The notes under the pieces are model-generated. The model did no database searches. It saw only the letters and a program-made list of their open reading frames with translations, and was not told where the DNA came from. Below, piece after piece: positions 26,015 through 32,000 of a DNA stretch of 32,000 nt. Where the stretch lies: positions 1,020,001-1,052,000 of the forward strand of contig NC_010546.1 of assembly GCF_000017845.1 (NCBI RefSeq), given 5' to 3'. The position numbers and the translations under genes were made by a program. Numbering within the stretch: position 1 is the stretch's first letter; each line of letters starts with the position of its first letter. The DNA is from Crocosphaera subtropica ATCC 51142. GTDB lineage: Bacteria > Cyanobacteriota > Cyanobacteriia > Cyanobacteriales > Microcystaceae.

Positions 26015-26565
26015 GTAATACTGATGATTTTTTTCACAGGAATAATTATATCAGGAAAAGCTAAAGGACTCATATTTCCCTCAGTTAAGCTTAATTCTGT
26101 AGTGTAATCACTCTCTTTTAGGTTTTTAAAAACTTTTAATTGATTATTAATTAAATCAACTATCCAATATTCTTTGATTTGGGCTTCTGCATAAATCTCT
26201 TTTTTCTCAGTTAAATCTTTTCGTAAAGTTGCTTTAGAAAACTCAATTAACCAGTAAATATCATCAGGATAGGGATGATGTTTCAAATATTCTTTTACCA
26301 AGGGTTTAACAATTGCAATATCTGGAGAGGGTTCGGAATTATTCGGTAACGTAATGGGTTTAGCATCTCGAACTTTAGCAAAATTTTTCAATAAATCTTT
26401 TAAATAATCAGCACATTCTGAATTATAGTAAGCATGGCTTTCTCTTTCGGGTGTCATGACAATAATTTCTCCTTTTAATAATTCTACCCCTTGATCCTCA
26501 AAACATCCGGCTGCGATCGCTTGATGATAGTGTTCAATAGTCCATTTATAAGTCATTCGTGTCAT
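26011..26565 (-). CDS. Uma2-family (DUF820) endonuclease
   Basis: 184 aa. Typical Uma2 layout: YHQAIAAGCFEDQGVELLKGEIIVMTPERESHA, PDIAIV, and EYWIVDL near the C-terminus (PD-(D/E)xK-like). Confidence 0.8.
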   Translation of the reverse strand: MTRMTYKWTIEHYHQAIAAGCFEDQGVELLKGEIIVMTPERESHAYYNSECADYLKDLLKNFAKVRDAKPITLPNNSEPSPDIAIVKPLVKEYLKHHPYPDDIYWLIEFSKATLRKDLTEKKEIYAEAQIKEYWIVDLINNQLKVFKNLKESDYTTELSLTEGNMSPLAFPDIIIPVKKIISIT

Positions 26566-26668
26566 GATACTTGGTTATGATAAATCATTTTCAACTAACT
26601 GGTTCAATTTTAACTGTTCTATTGATCTGTTACCATAAAATTTATTAGAGTTTAATTAAAGATTTAAA

Positions 26669-27688
26669 ATGATGAATCAATTACCAATACCCTCTTTTTT
26701 TGATGCTAAAAACGTTAATAAATTTTGGCGAGTTCCTTATCTAAAAAGAGTTACTGAAGCCAGGGAATGGAAAAAAAAGTATCAAATAGTATCATCTATA
26801 GAAGATAAGACTAAAATTATTTTATTACTGATTGATGTACAAAACACCTTTTGTTTGCCTGATTTTGAATTATTTGTTGCAGGAAAATCGGGAAATGGTT
26901 CAGTAGAAGATAATATACGTTTATGTGAATTTATTTATAGAAATTTGGGACGAATAACCACCATTGCCCCCACAATGGACACCCATACAGCTATGCAAAT
27001 TTTTCACCCTATTTTTTGGGTCGATGAAAAGGGGAATCATCCTGAAGCTGGTATTACCATGATTTCCTACGAAGAAGTTAAACAAGGACGATGGAAAGTT
27101 AATCAAAATATTGTTCATAATTTCAACATTTCTCTAGACAAACTAGAAAACTATGCCCTACATTACGTTAAAAAAGTGACAGAAGATAGTAAATATCCCT
27201 TAACCATTTGGCCCTATCATTCCATGTTAGGGGGCATTGGCCATGCTTTAGTTTCTGCTGTAGAAGAAGCCTTATTTTTTCATAATATGGTTCGCAGTAG
27301 TCAAACTCAATTCGAGTTAAAAGGAGATAACCCCTTAACGGAGAATTATTCTGTTTTAAGTCCTGAAGTCTTAAGAGATAATCAAGGAGAAAAAATAGCG
27401 CAAAAAAATAATCAATTTTTAAACAAAATACTATCTTTTGATAAGATTATTATTGCCGGCCAAGCAAAAAGTCATTGTGTGGCTTGGACAGTTGAAGATT
27501 TACTCACAGAAATTAAACAAAAAGATCCAAACTTAGCCAAAAAAGTTTATTTATTAGAAGATTGTACCTCTCCTGTGGTAGTTCCTGGTGTGATTGACTT
27601 TACAGAGAAAGCAGACGCAGCCTTTCAACGCTTTTCTGAGGCAGGAATACACCGAGTTAACTCCACCGATGATATGGATACTTGGTAA
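26669..27688 (+). CDS. Isochorismatase-family cysteine hydrolase (nicotinamidase-like)
   Basis: 339 aa. LLLIDVQNTFC (the hhhDxQNDF block) and IIIAGQAKSHCVAWTVEDL (catalytic Cys block). Confidence 0.7.
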   Translation: MMNQLPIPSFFDAKNVNKFWRVPYLKRVTEAREWKKKYQIVSSIEDKTKIILLLIDVQNTFCLPDFELFVAGKSGNGSVEDNIRLCEFIYRNLGRITTIAPTMDTHTAMQIFHPIFWVDEKGNHPEAGITMISYEEVKQGRWKVNQNIVHNFNISLDKLENYALHYVKKVTEDSKYPLTIWPYHSMLGGIGHALVSAVEEALFFHNMVRSSQTQFELKGDNPLTENYSVLSPEVLRDNQGEKIAQKNNQFLNKILSFDKIIIAGQAKSHCVAWTVEDLLTEIKQKDPNLAKKVYLLEDCTSPVVVPGVIDFTEKADAAFQRFSEAGIHRVNSTDDMDTW

Positions 27689-27794
27689 CTGATAACTGTT
27701 CACTGATAACTGCAATCATTTGTTATGCTTAACAACAGGAGTGAACTATGATTGCTCTATCTTAAAAACGAGTGATTCTAAAACAGAGTTAATT

Positions 27795-28355
27795 ATGAAT
27801 AAAGTCAAAACCTTAGCTACAGGTCTATCTAAACGCTTTATGGCAACGTTAGCCTTATCGGGATGTTTATTAGCTGGTGTGCAAACCTTGTCTCTTGCTA
27901 ATGGTAATTCAGGATTAGTTATTTTTAGTGGGGTTGAAGAACGCAGTGACATTTTAGACTATAAACTAGACTTTAATGGACGACCCAAATTTTATGGAGA
28001 ACGCATGAGACTGCGTATTTCCAAGAAAAAATTAACCCAAGGAGTCAGTAAGTTTTTTATCTCTTATCTCAAAGATCCCGAATTTGATGGGAAATTTAAC
28101 ACCAACTCTGTAGAAGTACGAGTTGACGGCGAATCTCTCCCCCTAAGAGAAGTTTACTGGGATAAAGAGAGTCGTGTGGTAGAAATTGATTTAAAAGAAC
28201 CCCTAGAAGCTGGAAATTCGGCTGAAATTGTTTTTTCCAACGTTAAAAATCCCAGTTCTGGCACTTATTACTTTATTGGTGATGTTTTAACGTCAGGACA
28301 AATTCCTTTACGGGTTTATGTGGGAACTTGGATTGTTTCATTTTCTCGTACTTAA
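27795..28355 (+). CDS. Secreted cyanobacterial protein (recalled as DUF2808-like; name unverified)
   Basis: The ATG at 27795 gives the signal peptide MNKVKTLATGLSKRFMATLALSGCLLAGVQTLSLANG. The listed start at 27720 is TTG and adds a non-signal-like extension. The mature part is beta-rich. Confidence 0.55.
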   Translation: MNKVKTLATGLSKRFMATLALSGCLLAGVQTLSLANGNSGLVIFSGVEERSDILDYKLDFNGRPKFYGERMRLRISKKKLTQGVSKFFISYLKDPEFDGKFNTNSVEVRVDGESLPLREVYWDKESRVVEIDLKEPLEAGNSAEIVFSNVKNPSSGTYYFIGDVLTSGQIPLRVYVGTWIVSFSRT

Positions 28356-28356
28356 C

Positions 28357-28424
28357 AGTCCTTCGGACTAGGCAGGAGTACGATTAGAGGCCAGTGTGAA
28401 TGCGCCTCTGATCAGCATCCTGCC
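28357..28424. terminator. Compound stem-loop element after the stop codon (UUCG-tetraloop hairpin plus nested GC-rich hairpin)
   Basis: AGTCC-TTCG-GGACT (28357-28369). Then GGCAGGA (28371-28377) pairs with TCCTGCC (28418-24), and AGAGGC (28386-91) pairs with GCCTCT (28404-09). Confidence 0.4.
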
Positions 28425-28869
28425 TCCTTTAATGATGAGTAATTAAGCAGATTTCATCTGAGATTTCTCTGGCTAAAATTTTCACTATAGGTTAATCATT
28501 AGCGCAATAATTGAAAATGTAAAGTTTTAATACATTATTCAATTTTAAGTCAATCATTACAAAATTGTTTGACATACTGAAATTAGTAGGTTTAGTACAT
28601 CATAAGTGTAGTCAACTGTCAAGGTAAATAGCCTATATGAATTGTTGATTACTGTTGTCGAAGATGATTAGCTTTTGTTGTCTTTAACTAATAAAACTAC
28701 TTTAATAACTTTATCCCCTCAGAATTTAATAACAACGTTTCTGTTTGGATTGGAGGGATTATTTTGACTTTAGTAATTACACTAAGTTGAATCACTGAAG
28801 TATACATAGCCTTGTTTTTTAGAAAAATAGCTCCTCCAACCTATGACTTGGAAAACATGGAGGAAGTCT

Positions 28870-30312
28870 ATGATTACCAGAAGAATAAATCTAGATGTTG
28901 CTAGTGTTGAACATCCTCTGATTAATAGGATGTTTGGTGAAGATTTGATAATTGATTTTGACTCTTCTTATCATCCTATTCCTGAATGGAGAAATATTCC
29001 TGTTGGATATGATATGATTATCCAGTTCCGTGATGATCTTCTCAGTCGTTACTTACGAAGGAATATCTCACTAGGACGAGGTGAATATTTTGTTGACTAT
29101 TCACCTGAGTCATTAGAACCGTCTACAATTAATGTCATTAATGATTTAACACCTCAAGGTGAGACTACACCAGTTTTCATTCAAGGAACGGGAATTTACT
29201 TTCATGAAATTGCCTTTGAACCTTACCAGATAAAATTTCAACTCCAACAAGGCACCGTCAAACCGAACCTGGGTACAGAAGGACAAGTGGTGGTTGAATG
29301 GGATTTAAACTCACTGATTGTGTTCCGTGAAACTTCTGACAGCCTAGAGTTTCGGAGAAGGCAAGAAGATACCAGAATTACAATAGAACCAATTACTCAA
29401 GAGATAAAGTTTGCCACCAATTCCCTACGGGTAACGGCTGAACTAACCCTTGAATCTGAGATAGAAAAATACCATGTATGGGGATCTTTAGACTTTAGGG
29501 ATAGCACGTTTTCCCTCGAACAAGACGAACCACTAGCACAAACCTATTTTGGTTTTTTGATAGACACTTTAAATGCAGCATTATCAAGCAAAATTGTAGT
29601 GACTCCGCAAGTTGTCATCCCTGGATATTATGCTGGTCGGCAAGTCAACGTTGATCTCGGTCGTATGTTTAGTTATCGGGTCGTGACAAAGGGAAATCAA
29701 CCCAGAGATAAAATCTTACATATCTGCTTAAGTTTTGATCGTGAAGTAGATGTAACCAATCTCGATTTAGTGCGTCCCTTTTCTGGAGAGGATAATTACG
29801 CTATTTACCAACATGAAAACTTGGTGCTGAAGATATTACGGGCAAAATGGAATTTGCTTTTTGAGCGAGACCGAGAAATATTAATCGATACAGAATTACC
29901 TCTGATTCGAGAGAGGCGAGAAGTGAGTGGGAGGGGAAGATTTCGTCTCAAATTCCAACAACTGCGTCAGGCCGATTTTGCGACTACCTTAAGGAGACCC
30001 GACTTTATAAGAGTTCTCATCATTGCTGAGAATGAACTTTTGCAAGCTTGGGATGAATTTGATCGTGAGTTAGATGTGAATGATTTAGGTGTCGTTCCTA
30101 AAGGAGAAGAAGCTTTAGGTATTATGTATTTTCCATTTCGTCAACCTATCACTGACCCAACTAATATTAACCGATTTATTAATCGATTATTTACCAATTT
30201 GCTTAGGCAGATGTATACACCCTTTCATGGACGAGATATTTCTCGTCTAAGTCGCATCAATGGTTATCTGTCCAAACCTCTTCAAGCAATCTTTATTACC
30301 GGAAATTTATAA
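28870..30312 (+). CDS. Unknown protein (about 480 aa), first gene of the JAMM operon
   Basis: Long ORF (listed start 28843). The ATG at 28870 has GGAGGA 5 nt upstream. Mixed beta/alpha-looking sequence with a single Cys. I recognise no catalytic or binding motif. Confidence 0.7.
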   Translation: MITRRINLDVASVEHPLINRMFGEDLIIDFDSSYHPIPEWRNIPVGYDMIIQFRDDLLSRYLRRNISLGRGEYFVDYSPESLEPSTINVINDLTPQGETTPVFIQGTGIYFHEIAFEPYQIKFQLQQGTVKPNLGTEGQVVVEWDLNSLIVFRETSDSLEFRRRQEDTRITIEPITQEIKFATNSLRVTAELTLESEIEKYHVWGSLDFRDSTFSLEQDEPLAQTYFGFLIDTLNAALSSKIVVTPQVVIPGYYAGRQVNVDLGRMFSYRVVTKGNQPRDKILHICLSFDREVDVTNLDLVRPFSGEDNYAIYQHENLVLKILRAKWNLLFERDREILIDTELPLIRERREVSGRGRFRLKFQQLRQADFATTLRRPDFIRVLIIAENELLQAWDEFDRELDVNDLGVVPKGEEALGIMYFPFRQPITDPTNINRFINRLFTNLLRQMYTPFHGRDISRLSRINGYLSKPLQAIFITGNL

Positions 30313-30323
30313 AGGTGGTCAAT

Positions 30324-31382
30324 ATGCCAAGTCAAACTTTTGAAACACTTTTTGGACAATTTCAGTCTAGCCCCCAAGACCCTTTAGCTAGTATGGGGCA
30401 ATCAACAGCAAAAAATTTTAATGCGTTCAATGTTCAGATTAGTTGTTTATTGGATCATGTCAATTTTCTTGAGAAGGTTGATCAACAAGATCCTATCTTG
30501 AAATCTCAATTCTCTCGCAAAACATTTGAACAAGACGTTATTTCTGTATTTAATCAATTGGAAGATAACATAAGAACGCTTAGCCAAAGTGCTGTCCCTA
30601 TTCTCAAGGCAATGAGGCACTCAAACAGTCTTGAGATAGGATTTGAGCAATTACGAGACGGACTACGGCAAACTGGCTCGGTTCAGTTCTTGGAATTGAT
30701 GCAAGAGACTTTTGAGCAACAGCCAATCTCAGGGGAAGTGAATCAACTCGTCAGTTCTGAAAATCTTCAACAGTTATTTCAGAAGATAAAGAATAGTCAA
30801 ATTCAAAGCTTCGTTGATGTTCAAGATGAGAAGTTGCATTTTAATATTCAGAAAGATCAGAATGAGGAATTTTTTGTTAAATTACCTGATAAGAATCAAC
30901 AGAAAACGTCACTTAATCAATTAATACATCAAGATGATGTTGACGAGATATTAAATGCTTTTCTTCAAGGAGAGATAATCAACGCCTTTGTCATCTCTCA
31001 GGAAACTCAAAAGTCAGACACTATAACCATTGATGATATCCTGGTTGACCTAGGGTTGATTCCATCTCATGTATTGCATGAGCGTGTTCGTGAGCTAGAA
31101 GATGTGGGTTTGCCAGTCTATCAAGGAAATGATGGGGGCTTAAGTGCATTAGCGATCACTGGATTAATTATTGTTGGCGTTGGTATTGCTGCAGCACTCG
31201 TCGGTGCAGCTTTACTGATAGCCTGTAATACCACTGGTGATGACGATCTGTGTCGCTACGGTTTATGGACATTAACTCTTGGTCTGGCGACAGCTGCCAC
31301 TGGTTTGTTTCTTTTGTCTTGTGCCTATGGCGGCTGTGCCATAGCTGCTGAGCTTGCTGTGGAGGCTTTTAAGAGAATTTGA
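30324..31382 (+). CDS. Unknown membrane protein: ~270-aa Gln/Glu-rich soluble domain plus two C-terminal small-residue-rich TM helices
   Basis: ATG at 30324 with AAGGTGG 5 nt upstream, 11 nt after the preceding stop (the listed GTG is at 30315). C-terminus LSALAITGLIIVGVGIAAALVGAALLIACNTTGDDDLCRYGLWTLTLGLATAATGLFLLSCAYGGCAIAAELAV. Confidence 0.7.
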   Translation: MPSQTFETLFGQFQSSPQDPLASMGQSTAKNFNAFNVQISCLLDHVNFLEKVDQQDPILKSQFSRKTFEQDVISVFNQLEDNIRTLSQSAVPILKAMRHSNSLEIGFEQLRDGLRQTGSVQFLELMQETFEQQPISGEVNQLVSSENLQQLFQKIKNSQIQSFVDVQDEKLHFNIQKDQNEEFFVKLPDKNQQKTSLNQLIHQDDVDEILNAFLQGEIINAFVISQETQKSDTITIDDILVDLGLIPSHVLHERVRELEDVGLPVYQGNDGGLSALAITGLIIVGVGIAAALVGAALLIACNTTGDDDLCRYGLWTLTLGLATAATGLFLLSCAYGGCAIAAELAVEAFKRI

Positions 31383-31385
31383 AAA

Positions 31386-31844
31386 ATGATTTTTTATGAT
31401 TTCTTGTGGCTTCCTGAACACATTGTTAACGACTTGAGGTTCTGTTTTCAGAAAACCTCTTTAGTTGGTAGTGAGTGTTGCGGTCTGATTCTGGGTAGCT
31501 ATCAAAAATATATTGCTCATGCGCAACAGCTTCTCCCTGTTCATAATGTGCATCAACAGAAAAATAGCTTTATGCTACCGTTACATACCTATCGTCAAGC
31601 CAAGTATATAAGCAAAAAGTGTAATTGGGATATTATCGGAATCTATCATAGTCATCCAAATGGTAAGCCCTATCCGAGTCCTATGGATGTTCGTGGCATA
31701 GAAAACTCCGACTATCCTTGGCTTATACTAGCACCTGCTTGTAATAAACAAGCTGGACTCGAATTAGTTGCATTTCAGCCAGGTACAATGAAGCCGATCA
31801 CCATTCATACCAAATCCGCTTTAGATACCCCCTTTAAAAATTAA
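31386..31844 (+). CDS. Stand-alone JAB/MPN+ (JAMM) metalloprotease
   Basis: 152 aa. Complete JAMM signature: upstream Glu in GSECCGLILG and HSHPNGKPYPSPMD (HxH-x7-S-x2-D). The ATG lies 3 nt after the preceding stop. Confidence 0.85.
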   Translation: MIFYDFLWLPEHIVNDLRFCFQKTSLVGSECCGLILGSYQKYIAHAQQLLPVHNVHQQKNSFMLPLHTYRQAKYISKKCNWDIIGIYHSHPNGKPYPSPMDVRGIENSDYPWLILAPACNKQAGLELVAFQPGTMKPITIHTKSALDTPFKN

Positions 31845-31864
31845 TAGCTTCACCCATGAAAACC

Positions 31865-31899
31865 CTTCTGCCCTCTGCCTCCTGCCTCCTGCCTGTTCT
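31865..31899. repeat. Degenerate heptamer tandem repeat (CTTCTGC CCTCTGC CTCCTGC CTCCTGC CTGTTCT)
   Basis: Direct reading, immediately downstream of the JAMM gene. Shares TCCTGCCTCCT with the element at 28418-28428. Confidence 0.65.
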
Positions 31900-32000
31900 C
31901 AACGATAAGATAGGTTTGAAAAACAGGATTTGGTATCAATGTCAAAAAGATACATTTAGGAAACATAACGAATCACAAATTCCCTACTCCAGCAGACATT

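Noticed and set aside
26921-27952. Antisense ORFs inside the isochorismatase-like gene (26921-27118) and the secreted-protein gene (27746-27952)
   Set aside because: Shadow ORFs inside CDSs that have recognisable motifs or a signal peptide.
29700-29760. The only Cys of the ~480-aa protein sits in KILHICLSF, reminiscent of the E2 catalytic GxICL context, which would fit a JAB partner
   Set aside because: There is no HPN-like motif at the right spacing and no other UBC-fold landmarks I can read. A 3-residue resemblance is not evidence. I left it as something a structure prediction could test.

Overview
AT-rich cyanobacterial chromosomal segment. I found 11 copies of the HIP1 palindrome GCGATCGC by eye, and the gene content fits: vipp1, an FTR1 iron permease, egtD/egtB, fasciclin, Uma2 and a Mo-nitrogenase-C-domain protein. 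I support about 30 CDSs. I saw no rRNA, tRNA or CRISPR array.

Layout:
- 1-1316: 3' part of a GT-B glycosyltransferase, then a small membrane protein.
- 1384-8749, minus strand: a tightly packed Dlt-like acylation operon (fatty acyl-AMP ligase, cytochrome P450, acyl carrier protein, MBOAT, DltD/SGNH-like protein). Its first gene is split by a 1141-bp IS630-family element (6977-8117) flanked by a TA duplication.
- 9159-13022: housekeeping block (class I/II aminotransferase, trxA, vipp1, tyrS).
- 13713-17844: iron-related pair (bacterioferritin-like protein, FTR1 permease), then a membrane-anchored PBP1-type binding protein and a vWA membrane protein.
- 17861-18467: decayed nucleotidyltransferase (MNT-type) pseudogene and a stretch with no credible ORF.
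- 18468-22366: GTPase-DUF697 fusion and ergothioneine genes (egtD plus an OvoA-like sulfoxide synthase).
- 22749-28355: small accessory and conserved cyanobacterial genes (tandem MshEN-like protein, two tiny ORFs, a repeat-domain protein with no canonical start, Mo-nitro_C protein, fasciclin, Uma2 nuclease, isochorismatase-like hydrolase, secreted protein).
- 28843-31844: an orphan three-gene operon (unknown ~480-aa protein, 2-TM membrane protein, stand-alone JAMM/MPN+ metalloprotease). It lies between heptamer-repeat elements that share the motif TCCTGCCTCCT.

The three-gene operon is the best candidate for an undescribed system. The IS-inactivated Dlt-like lipid-acylation cluster comes second. 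All family calls rest on motifs read by eye; no database search was possible.
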